This document shows, piece after piece, positions 1-12,600 of a DNA stretch of 64,000 bases (within the stretch, counting starts at the first letter, position 1; each line of letters starts with the position of its first letter). Source of the DNA: Hormiphora californensis (taxonomy: Eukaryota; Animalia; Ctenophora). The stretch spans positions 3,100,001-3,164,000 of the forward strand of contig CM035359.1 in the NCBI GenBank assembly GCA_020137815.1, in the 5' to 3' direction. Both the position numbers and the translations under genes were made by a program. The notes beneath the pieces are model-generated. The model did no database searches. It was not told where the DNA came from and saw only the letters and a list, made by a program, of their open reading frames with translations.

Positions 1-609
1 CCGTGGAAGGGAGGTAAATACTGAATTCTGGCGAGAAAACAACTCATGGTTACCATGGTAACTACTGCATTCTCGTCTCTAGACTCTCTCTCACCGTGTT
101 TATAATATTTTCCAGTTGATACGGGCGAATAACCAGGAATCTGAAGCACTCATTCAGGAAGGGAAGCTGCCTGTCAAACCTGCTGATAACCATCAAAGAG
201 GTAATTATAAAATATAAATTAGTCTATCTAATTATCAATCTAATTAATTAGTAAGATCAGATCTTGAAACAGACATGATCCCTTCCATCTTTCAATCCCT
301 ACATTTGCCTAGCTAGACTCTGATTTAATTTTGTGTCACTTTTGAGAGCGGGGAAAAGACAATAATTCTGTTTCGATGATCTACTCTCACTTTAAATATT
401 TTACCTCCACAGGCAAGCAGGAACAGGAACAGAAACGGGAACAGGAGCGGGAACAGGAGCGGGAACAGAAACATAAACAGAACCAGGAACAGGAGCGGGA
501 ACAAGAGCGGCTGATGAGTCAGATTGAGGGATTCCAATCACGACAACAGCAAAGTACCTTGTCAGAACAACCACAGGAACTTCAACAACAGTTGGTTAGT
601 AAAACACCA

Positions 610-673
<64 letters not shown>

Positions 674-3600
674 GTTATTGTAACAAACTCTCCCAGGTGT
701 CACGATACAATCTAAACCTAAATCAGGAGGAAGAGGCACCACCTACCTCAGCAGCTCTCAATGTCGATGAGATTCAGGTAAATATATTTAATTAATAAAA
801 TAATTAACTAATTTATTATTGAACTTTAGTTTATTCATTCTCTGACCTGCGTTGATGTCTTCAAGATCTTCAAAATCGTTTTTCTCCTTGTTTTGAAGTC
901 AAACAACCAGGCACCATATAATCCATTGCTACTACCAACTCTCCCCTTGCCTAGTTAGACTCTGTTTCGCGTTTAGAACATAACAACTCTCCCCTTCAGG
1001 CAATGAGATCTCAACTGTGCCGCATTCAACATGAGATGACCTCAATGAGCTTTACAGATAACGATTCCCACGAAAACATAACCGATAAATTGAAGGGTCT
1101 GGAAGCAACCCGAAATAGGGTAAAGGAGCTACGGGATAGACTGTCCGCATTTGAACAGGTACATGACCGATTCTGAGATGTTCGGGGGGATGGGGGAGTG
1201 GCTGGGGTGTTTGAGCAGTCATATTTCCTTGTTATGTTCTAGCCCTCACCCCTCCTTTACATTTGGGTGGTGAAACAGGGCCGAGCAAGGTAGTACTAGT
1301 TGATGGGAGTGGGAGGACGGAGGTGGGAGGGCCAGAGGGGGAGGAACATTTGATCAACATGCGGGCCTTTGGGGTGCATGTCGTGTGTGTGTACACATTC
1401 TGTATTCTTGGTGCTTGACATGTTACCAACGTTTCCTCTCTCAAGATCTTACTTCTCTTTCTTTATTCCTATGTTTCTCTTTCTCATTCTCTCTTATTCT
1501 CCCTCTCCATCTATCTCTCTCCCTCTCTCGGGTCGCCCACACCTAAAATTTAGAACCTCGTACTACCCCCAAAATCCCAAGCCTTCGGTTCAATACTGTC
1601 CTTATCTTTACTTTTTTCTAATCCGTCTTTTTTGTACCATCGTCTGTTTGTCCGTCTGCAATTAATACTCAACATGCATGGAAGCTGTATATGTTTCGAT
1701 AGATAGAAAAAAGAGAGAAAGATAGAAAGATAGAAAAAGAGAGAGAAAGATAGCTTGGGAATATAGATAGGGATAGAGTATTTGGACGGAAGAAGAAAAC
1801 AACGGATGTCCACATTGTGTATTACTGCTGCACTGATACGTTTACACAACTCGTACAGTACAACTCATACAGTTAGTTGATTACGAAGTTACCCCTCCCG
1901 TGCGGGGTTATTTCGTAACCAAACTACAGAGTGGAGGAAGGGCAAACACAGCTCTACCCTCTTACCACCAAAATTTGAGTTCGGTAATCTGTAAGGGGAA
2001 ACTCTAACTGAATGGCATCCCATTAATGGGATCCCATCAACAGTAAAACTCTAACTGATAATGGACCACAGTGATGGTTCTTTCTCTGTATTCTCTCTGT
2101 AGGCAGTACATCTATGTACTGCCTACAGAGAGAATACAGAGAAAGAACTATAGGGCATGCCCGGGCACGGGCGCGCACACAGAGAGAATACAGAGAAAGA
2201 ACCATCACTGTGCTCCATTATCAGTTAGAGTTTTACTGTTGATGGGATCCCATTAATGGGATGCCATTCAGTTAGAGTTTCCCCTAACTTTGTAGATTAG
2301 CCCCAGCCCCTCCTCCTTTCCCTGTTTCAAATGTAAAGGAGGGTTAGAACAACCCCTCCCGAACCATACTTTACAACCCAATAAACAAAATAAGTTATCA
2401 CGTCTTCCCCAGGTGGAGGAACCCCGAGAGGAGGTAATGGAAGGTAATGACGAGAAGGAGAAAGTGATGGCTCTCATGAAGGCCCAGGAAAAACTGCAAC
2501 AACTCCATGCCCTCGCCCAAAAAGTGAAAGATGTAGGTTTGATGTTAGGGATGTGGGTTTGATGTTAGGGTTTTTATAGGGATGTAGATTTGATGTTATG
2601 TGAACCAAATCAACCCCAATTGTTTCTCTCAATGCAATGGTTCAGTTGATTAATTAGATAATTTAGGTTGTTGATTGACTGTTTTGTTTTCCAGGCTCGT
2701 TCCAACGGTCATGGCATACCAGATGAGATACTGAATGAGATTAGCATGGTTGTCCCTCGCTCCGCCCAGGATGTAAGTTGAAAGAGAGTGTATCGATTAG
2801 AATGGGAGTCCGATCATACATTTGTGTACCGATTAGAATGAGAGTCCGATCATACATTTGTGTACCGATTAGAATACCGACAGACAGAAGACGATCTGGT
2901 GGTGATTCCGAAAGGATGATCCGGCACTATGCTGTCTCGCCTGTTCGGCGAGACTTGGCTGTGTGACTGTTTACAGTCCCAGATGAGTGGTCCAAACCAA
3001 ACCAAACCAAACCGATTAGAATGGAAGTCCGATCATACATTTGTGTGCCGCGAATATTCGATATGCTCCAAGAGTGTTTGGAAGACCAACTGGTTGGAAC
3101 GCGCGGCCTTCGCACTGCTGAGAAAAGCTCCTTGCAGCCGCTGTGCTGTGTCGACGCGCGCGTTCACTTTGGCGCCAAAAACGCCCAAAATTCAATCTAT
3201 CAATATCCAATTATATCCAATTATGGCCAATTACTAACTTGTTTTATTCCACAGGCCGATGAAAGCGAAGAAGAGGAAAATGAAGAAGATGAGGAGGAGG
3301 GAGATGAAGAAAAATTGAGCTCTCTGCTCCGGAGAAAGATGGAGCTTGAGAGTGTTCAAAACGAGCTAAAACAACTCCGCCATCAGCAGGATCTCCTCAA
3401 CTCTATGGAAGAACAAGTAATTATGAGCAGTCAAAATATTTTTGGATAAATAAAAACTGATTGATTCACAACTTTTGCGTTGAGAAAATAGTCTCATCTA
3501 TTTTTCTGTACACAGGGTGACACTGGAGTGGCCAGAGCGATGCCTGAAGTTGATCGGGAAACTCTTTGGGAGAGTCTACGAGAGAAACAGGTTGCCCAAC

Positions 3601-6600
3601 TTGATCGACTGAAGCGGGGAGAAAGCAAATACTCTGAGTATGTTTTGAATGTTTCACCTCTACCCTATCACCTTCGGTCGACCTCGGGAGAGAAAAGGGC
3701 CCACTTTTCTCTCTCCCTGCTGCGCTGTACAACGTTCTACCCAAACCATCCCCGAATTCGGAGGCGGTCTGTTTAGACAGTGGAGGCTGGTGTTGTGGTG
3801 GGGGGGGGGGGGGGGGGGGGTGTTGGTTTCGGTTCCTTGGGATTGGTCTGGCAGCATGATTCATGCTTTCAACTTACTTGTCTCCTCCAGGGTTGACTCC
3901 ACGGACGGGTTCACTACGCGGGCCACCTGGGGTGGAAGTAGTATCAGGAGTGTGGAGACAGCTGATGTAGATGTAGAGGTCCACCCTGAGGACAAAGTTG
4001 TGGCTGAGCCTGAGGAGGGGGAGTGCTGCAAGGGAGGTGAGTGGTTGAGATGAGCTGTTGTCTCTCAATAATTCTAAATTTCTCAAACTATTCACTCTAG
4101 TCCTCTTTCATCTGTTTCCATTATCTCTCCCCCTCGGCCTCTGATCTCTCTCCTCTGTATCTCTCTCTTAGTTATGGCGTCCTATATGTGGCAAAACAAC
4201 TTGTCCTAGCTATATCTCTAGTTAATTCTCTCCTCTAGTCAAAGTATCTAACTCTCCTCTAGTTAAAGTAACTAACTCTAGCTCTCCTCTAGTTAAAGTA
4301 TTTAACTCTCTCTACTTCTAGTTAAAGTATCAAACTCTCTCCTCTAGTCAAAGTATCAAACTCTCCATTAGTTAAAGTATCAAACTCCTCCAGGTACCGA
4401 GGATTCAGGTGCCCGTGAGACAAGGTTGATCTATGAGATGGAGACTCAATACTGGATGGATCATTGTAGACAACTGAGCAAGCAGCTAGCTGACAGGACA
4501 CGGACCATTCAGGGACTACTGGCTGACGGGTAATTGAGGGGGGTAACTGGGGGGGGGGGGTTAACTAGGGGGTATAATTAGTAACTAGGGGATAGAACAC
4601 GGACCATTCAGGGACTACTCGCTGACGGGTAATTGGGGGATGGGTATATTCCATCTTGGGGGGGGGGGGGGTATTTAATAATTAACAATTAATCAAAAAT
4701 TAATTAACGATTAATTAACCCTTTGACGGCGAGAAGGATTGGCTCGATAGAATTGTCTAATTTTTCGTTTATAAGTAGATATTATCAACACAAAACGCCT
4801 CGAAAAGGAAATTTGTAATTCCGACATGTAGTTTTTGCTGGGCCAACTGTAGCATATATGAGGCATAAACTCTGGCCACTGGCGCGTTATTTCAGATAAC
4901 TTTCTCCCAGCGCGCCGCTGGGAGAAGTTAGCTGGAGTTTATCCGCCGCTGGCGGATAAACTGGTTTAAATCACGACGACGATCCCGAGGCGGAGCCGAG
5001 GGAGAGGCGGAGGGGTTTAAACCTATAACGTGCCAGTGGTCAGAGTTTATGGGTTATATACCCTGCTTTAGTTGTTTATTTCAAGTATTACACACCAACA
5101 AGAGAGAGAACACTAATCAAAACACACAAAGAGAACTGAGAAATAGTTAAAAACAGGTCACAATTGAGTGTACACTGTTTGGTAACAGTTACTAAGCAGT
5201 TGCTAAGGAAAGAGAGTGAAAGAAATAGCCTGATAAGGGGCATGTCACAAATAACACAGAGAAAGAGATAGTGAGACAAAAGGGGAGATAAAGAGAGAGT
5301 AATTGACGGAATGTGTCCTTTCTTTCTCTCCAATGTAGTGTGTAAGTGTTGCACATAGTGTTCCCTCTGTATTTTAGTAAGAACTGATCATTTACACACA
5401 CTTTGAATGTTACGTAGGAATTAAAAATAAATAACCTGCCAGTGGGAAATAATCTGCCGCGAGACTGGCTGGTTATCGAGAGCGCGCTAGTGGGACTTCT
5501 CGCCACTGGCGCATTAGTTAGCAGGGTATATATGATACTATCGTCCGTAAGGGAATTCTAGTAACAAATCTAAATTGTACAAGTTTGTGGGTGCTATGGC
5601 ATAAATTTATGCTTTCATGAGGTTTGTAGCTACAAGTTCTACAATCATGAACGGTTTTTACCAGGAAAAGAACCCAAATTAGATATTTGTATCATATATG
5701 ATACTATCGTCCTAAGGGTAAATTCTCCTAAAACATCCATAATTCGGGCCAGAAAAGGAGCTAAGAGACAAATCAGGCCACTAAAATGTGCAGAATCATC
5801 GCATTAGTGGGGGTAGAGCACATATTTAGGTCGCTATCTGGATCCCTAATTGTGATAATTGGATAATTAGCCAATTATCTGTCCCGCGCGTGCTAATAAA
5901 TGAATCTTTGCTCTGGGAAGGAGTTATGAGACAAATGGGGGCACTGAAATGTGTAGAATCATCACATTAGTGGGGGTAGAGCATATATTTAGGTCGCTAT
6001 CTGGAACCATAATTGAGATAATTGGATAATTGGATAATTAGCTAATTAGTTGCCCTGGAGCGCTAATAAACGAGACTTTACAGAGTATACAAGACAAGTG
6101 GGGGCACTAAAATGTGTAAAATCATCGCCTTAGTGGGGATAGAGCACATAGCTGAGTTTCTATTCCCACTCCCAAATGAGATAATTGGATAATTAGCTAA
6201 TTGACGGTTGCACACCGTCCACTTTTCACCAAATCTCGTGGTTTCTAGGTAATCCTGAGCTCTTTTGCTCAATCTAAGGATCTTCTGACATCCCCTAACC
6301 CCATTTGTATCACCTGTGACTCGTTTTACACAATAGTATAGCACTCGATTCAACCCTAGATACTGTCTTCAGCTCTCTAGAATCCTCTTGCTCCCTCTTG
6401 AACCTCTCATACATCCAAGATCCAACTACAATCCTAAAGAATTTTTTATATCCTATTGCTCCTACAACACGTTCAACCTCTAATGTACTACAGTTTCCCA
6501 CATTTATTGTTTGGACACACGGTTATAGGGGTTTAGGGATGTTAGGGGATGTCAGAAGATCCTTAGATTGAGCAAAAGAGCTCAGGATTACCTAGAAACC

Positions 6601-9600
6601 ACGAGATTTGGTGAAAAGTGGACGGTATGCAACCGTCAATTAGCTAATTATCCAATTATCTCATTTGGGAGTGGGAATAGAAACTCAGCTATGTGCTCTA
6701 TCCCCACTAAGGCGATGATTTTACACATTTTAGTGCCCCCACGTGTCTTGTATACTCTGTAAAGTCTCGTTTATTAGCGCTCCAGGGCAACTAATTAGCT
6801 AATTATCCAATTACAAAGTAATACAAGTTTTTAATTTTTTACTAATAGTTTGTCGAGCGCTTTACCAGCAATCCCTTTATAAGCAAAGATAATTATCCAA
6901 TTATCTCAATTATGGATCCAGATAGCGACCTAAATATATGCTCTACCCCCACTAATGTGATGATTCTACACATTTCAGTGCCCCCATTTGTCTCATAACT
7001 CCTTCCCAGAGCAAAGATTCATTTATTAGCACGCGCGGGACAGATAATTGGCTAATTATCCAATTATCTCAATTAGGGATCCAGATAGCGACCTAAATAT
7101 GTGCTCTACCCCCACTAATGCGATGATTCTACACATTTTAGTGCCCTGATTTGTCTCTTAGCTCCTTTTCTGGCCCGAATTATGGATGTTTTAGGAGAAT
7201 TTACCCTTAGGACGATAGTGGCCCATAAATTATGAGGCCGGGGGACGAGCTGTACCTCCGAAACGGTGATAGTTGTGCAAAAACAAACTACGGGAACATG
7301 CTGGAACAATTCCTTGGTAACTTTTTGCAAATTTTGAGTTTTTTATTCAAAAGTTCATTTTTCATTCATGAACTTTTCACGCGTTCATTAATGAATTAAG
7401 GACTCTAATTTACCGAGAGTGAGCCATTTTGTTTGGGTTGAATTTATCTTTCCAATGAGCACCATGAAAATCAAATTGAAGCACCAGGTCACATGGCAGT
7501 TGAGAAAATGCACATGCATGATTTTGGCTCTTCCTGCGACTTTCAATCAGTTGTATCACAGATACCTTTTGTTCAATCTTATTAAAAATTTGGGTGAACA
7601 TTGGATAAGCAAAGATCTTTGCTCACAAGAAAAATCAAGGTCAAAACTGAAAGTTCATTTTTAAGTTTTGGTAGTTCATTCCACTCATTCAGGAACCAAC
7701 ATCCCTAAAGTGATGAAAAGTGATTAGTTTTGTTTGGCCCATACCCTGCAATGATAAGGAGGTGTAAAAACACGTTTCCGGGCTAGTTAGTGGGTGTCCA
7801 TGTGATCATGATGATATCTGACACCTCTTCTGAGCCATAATCAAGGGATTTTCTCAAATTCAAGCATGTGATTTGGGTTATCTGTGATTGGTATCGTGCA
7901 GCAATGTTGAGAGATCTCACAGTACCTCAAAAATTATGATTAGCTCAATGAAATGAGTTGATTTATGATAGAAGAGATTAAAACAGACGTCAAAATGAAC
8001 TAAACTACCATTTTTGATCCAAAATCAACTCATTTCATTGAGCTAATCATAATTTTCGAGGTGCTATGAGATCTCTCAACATTGCTGCACGATACCAATC
8101 ACAGATAACCCAAATCACATGCTTGAATTTGAGAAAATCCCTTGATTATGGCTCAGAAGAGGTTTCAGATATCATCATGATCACATGGACACCCACTAAC
8201 TAGCCCGGAAACGTGTTTTTACACCTCCTTATCATTGCAGGGTATGGGCCAAACAAAACTAATCACTTTTCATCACTTTAGGGGGGGGGGGGCCGTCACC
8301 TTTTTTTTTGTCTACAGGAACATTGCACCAGATTTTGAAAATGAAAGTGTAGACAAAAGTAGACAAAAGTAGACAAATGTAGACAAAAGTAGACAAAACT
8401 TTTTTTTCAAGTTAAGAATTTTTTTAAACATTTTCTGCACTTGTTTAGTATTCTCATACACTTTATCTACGTTTCTATTAGTAATTTCGATTTTAATTGC
8501 CCCCTCTTTACCCCCAAACACTCTTAGAACACTTTAGGAACACCTGTAGACAAAAGTAGACAAAAGTAGACAAAAATTTTCAAGTTTAGAAAACAATTCC
8601 CAAACAATTTCTATCCTTGATATGTATTTCCATGTTCTCTATTGGGACTATATTTATGTGTGTACGGGTGTTTGTGACTTCAATTGCTCCCTCTTTACCC
8701 CCAAACACTCTTAGAACACTTTAGGAACACCTGTAGACAAAAGTAGACAAAAAATTTTCAAGTTTAGAAAACAATTCCCAAACAATTTCTATCCTTGATA
8801 TGTATTTCCATGTTCTCTATTGGGACTATATTTATGTGTGTACGGGTGTTTGTGACTTCAATTGCTCCCTCTTTACCCCCAAACACTCTTAGAACACTTT
8901 AGGAACACCTGTAGACAAAAGTAGACAAAAGTAGACAAAAAATTTCAAGTTTAGAAAACGATTTCTATCTTTGATATGTATTTCCATGTCCTCTATTGTG
9001 ACTATATTTATGTGTGTACGGGTGTTTGTGACTTCAATTGCTCCCTCTTTACCCCCAAACACTCTTAGAACACTTTAGGAACACCTGTAGACAAAAGTAG
9101 ACAAAAAGTTTTCAAGTTTAGAAAACAATTCCCAAACAATTTCTATCCTTGATATGTATTTCCATGTTCTCTATTGGGACTATATTTATGTGTGTACGGG
9201 TGTTTGTGACTTCAATTGCTCCCTCTTTACCCCCAAACACTCTTAGAACACTTTGGGAACACCTGTAGACAAAAGTAGACAAAAGTAGACAAAAAATTTC
9301 AAGTTTAGAAAACGATTTCTATCTTTGATATGTATTTCCATGTCCTCTATTGTGACTATATTTATGTGTGTACGGGTGTTTGTGACTTCAAATGCTCCCT
9401 CTTTACCCCAAAACACTCTTAGAACACTTTAGGAACACCTGTAGACAAAAGTAGACAAAAAGTTTTCAAGTTTAGAAAACAATTCCCAAACAATTTCTAT
9501 CCTTGATATGTATTTCCATGTTCTCTATTGGGACTATATTTATGTGTGTACGGGTGTTTGTGACTTCAATTACTCCCTCTTTACCCCCAAACACTCTTAG

Positions 9601-12600
9601 AACACTTTAGGAACACCTGTAGACAAAAGTAGACAAAAAATTTTCAAGTTTAGAAAACGATTTCTATCCTTGATATGTGTTTCCATGTTCTCTATTTATG
9701 TGTGTATGGGTGTTTGTGACTTCAATTGCCCCCTCTTTACCCCCAAACACTCTTAGAACACTTTAGGAACACCTGTAGACAAAAGTAGACAAAAAGTTTT
9801 CAAGTTTAGAAAACAATTCCCAAACAATTTCTATCCTTGATATGTATTTCCATGTTCTCTATTGGGACTATATTTATGTGTGTATGGGTGTTTGTGACTT
9901 CAATTGCTCCCTCTTTACCCCCAAACACTCTTAGAACGGGGGGGTTCCCATGGTATACTTTGGTATACTTTGGCACTTTCCACAACTTTTTCAGCGATTT
10001 TCCATATACCAAAGTATACCAAAGTATACCAAAATATACCAAGGTATACCAAAGTATACCATAAAAATTTTGAAAAAGGTAAAATTTAAGCGATAAGATA
10101 AAATAATTGACTAAATTTGTAAAACTACATCCTTATTTCGTTCTAAATTGGTAATATAAAGCTTATTAAACTGATTTTTACGTATGTTACATCACCCGGC
10201 TAGTGCTCAAGGCTGGCCACTCAGTGGCCAGGGGTTCAATTCCCGGTTGAGGCAATTTTTGAAAAATTTTTAGAGACTTTACCAAATACTATTTCAACTT
10301 TTTCTTGACTTTTTTAAAAGTTTTTTATCGCACTCAAATGAGTCCCAATGTGTCAAACCCCAGTTTTGTGACTTATCATTTCATAGGCAAAATAAGTTTC
10401 CTCGATTCTATGAAATTAGCCAATTCAGCCTAGTTAACCTCAAGTTTATGAGTTAAGAAAGTTTATACAAACTGTTTTAAAGCCTTAATTATTTTAAATT
10501 AACACTTTAAAGTACGCAAAGCTATTAAAAAGATATGGTATACTTTGGTATACTTTGGTACCTTCCACATATTTTTTTGGAATTTTCCATATGCCAAAGT
10601 ATACCAAAGTATACCAAAGTATACCATGGGAACCCCCCCCTTAGAACACTTTAGGAACACCTGTAGACAAAAGTAGACAAAAAATTTTCAAGTTTAGAAA
10701 ACGATTTCTATCCTTGATATGTGTTTCCATGTTCTCTATTTATGTGTTTATGGGTGTTTGTGACTTCAATTGCCCCCTCTTTACCTCCAAACACTCTTAG
10801 AACACTTTAGGAACACCTGTAGACAAAAGTAGACAAAAGTAGACAAAAAATTTCAAGTTTAGAAAACGATTTCTATCCTTGATATGTATTTCCATGTTCT
10901 CTATTGGGACTATATTTATGTGTGTATGGGTGTTTGTGACTTCAATTGCCCCCTCTTTACCCCCAAACACTCTTAGAACACTTTAGGAACACCTGTAGAC
11001 AAAAGTAGACAAAAAATTTCAAGTTTAGAAAACGATTTAGAAAATATTTTTAAAATTTTCTGCACTTGTTAAGTATTCTCATATATGAGGCATAAACTCT
11101 GGCCACTGGCACGTTATTTCAGATACCTTTCTCCCAGCGCGCCGCTGGGAGAAGGTAGCTGTAGTTTATCCGCCAGTGGCGGATAAACTGGTTTAAATCA
11201 CGACGACGATCCTGAGGCGTAGCCGAGGGAGAGGCGGAGGGGTTTAAACCAATAACGTGCCATTGGTCAGAGTTTATGGGTTATATACCCTGCTTTAGTT
11301 GTTTGTTTCAAGTATTACACACTAACAAGAGAGAGAACACTAATCAAAACACACAAAGAGAACTGAGAAACAGTCAAAAACATCTCTCAATTGAGTGTAT
11401 ATTGTTTGGTAACAGTTACTAAGGAGAGAGAGAAAGAAATAACAAGATATGGGGCATGCCAGACATAACACAGAGGAATTGAGATAGTGAAACAAAAGGG
11501 GAGATAAAGAGAGAGAAATTGACGGAATGTGTTGTTTCTTTCTCTCCAATGCAGTGTGTAACTCTTGCAAACAGTGTTCCCTCTGTATTTCAGTAAGAAC
11601 TGATCATTTACACACACTTTGAATGTAACATAGGAGTTAATAATAAACAGCCAGCCAGTGGGAAATAATCTGCCGCTGGACTGGCTGTATATTGAGAGCG
11701 CGCCAGTGGGACTTCTCGCCGCTGGCGGGTTATTTAAGTTAGCAGGGTATGTAATACTTTATCTACGTTTCTATTAGTAGTTTCGTTTTCAATTGCCCCC
11801 TCTTTACCCCCAAACACTCTTGTCTACACTCGACTACAGTAATTGTTCTTAAAGTTTTCTAATTTAGGAATAATGAAGGGGCCATTGGAATATGAATACA
11901 TTAATAAAAAACATTTCCAAAGTACAATATGAAAATACTTAATAATAACAGAAAATGCAGAAGTTGTTTTCTGTACTTGAAAATTTTTTGTCTACTTTTG
12001 TCTACTTTTGTCTACTTTGCACTGAAATTTTCAAAGTGCTGTAGACAAAAGTAGACAAAAGTAGACAAAAAAAAGGTGACGGCCCCCCCCCACTTTAGGG
12101 ATGTTGGTTCCTGAATGAGTGGAATGAACTACCAAAACTTAAAAATGAACTTTCAGTTTTGACCTTGATTTTTCTTGTGAGCAAAGATCTTTGCTTATCC
12201 AATGTTCACCCAAATTTTTAAAAAGATTGAACCAAAGGTATCTGTGATACAACTGATTGAAAGTCGCAGGAAGAGCCAAAATCATGCATGTGCATTTTCT
12301 CAACTGCCATGTGACCTGGTGCTTCAATTTGATTTTCATGATGCTCATTGGAAAGATAAATTCAACCCAAACAAAATGGCTCACTCTCGGTAAATTAGAG
12401 TCCTTAATTCATTAATGAACGCGTGAAAAGTTCATGAATGAAAAATGAACTTTTGAATAAAAAACTCAAAATTTGCAAAAAGTTACCAAGGAATTGTTCC
12501 AGCATGTTCCCGTAGTTTGTTTTTGCACAACTATCACCGTTTCGGAGGTACAGCTCGTCCCCCGGCCTCATAATTTATGGGCCACCTTATATGATACAAA

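Larger units (their letters stand above)
8283..12090. mobile_element. Poly-G-capped non-autonomous DNA transposon (MULE/Merlin-like) with GTAGACAAAA 10-mers
   Basis: Ends G(n)CCGTCACCTTTTTTTTT..GTCTAC / GTAGAC..AAAAAAAAAGGTGACGGC(n); 9-bp TSD CACTTTAGG (8274-8282, 12091-12099). Confidence 0.85.
7218..12585. mobile_element. Foldback element with ~750-bp inverted arms, interrupted by a later insertion
   Basis: 7218-7712 is the reverse complement of 12091-12585, and 7703-7962 pairs with ~8023-8282; it splits the right arm of the enclosing piggyBac-like element. Confidence 0.85.

Noticed and set aside
2793-3047. 36-bp repeats of CRISPR-like length
   Set aside because: Copies are adjacent with no unique spacers, there are no cas genes, and the context is a eukaryotic intron.
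7419-7664. Duplicated 81-aa ORF (also 12139-12384) as a transposase fragment
   Set aside because: It only reflects the two arms of a foldback; no DDE or DNA-binding motif.
10190-10260. tRNA gene
   Set aside because: Only a T-arm/B-box-like part is present; no A-box, D-arm or matching acceptor stem.
8496-11040. Regular repeat array as CRISPR or coding repeat
   Set aside because: Whole units are near-identical; it is a tandem repeat inside a TIR element.
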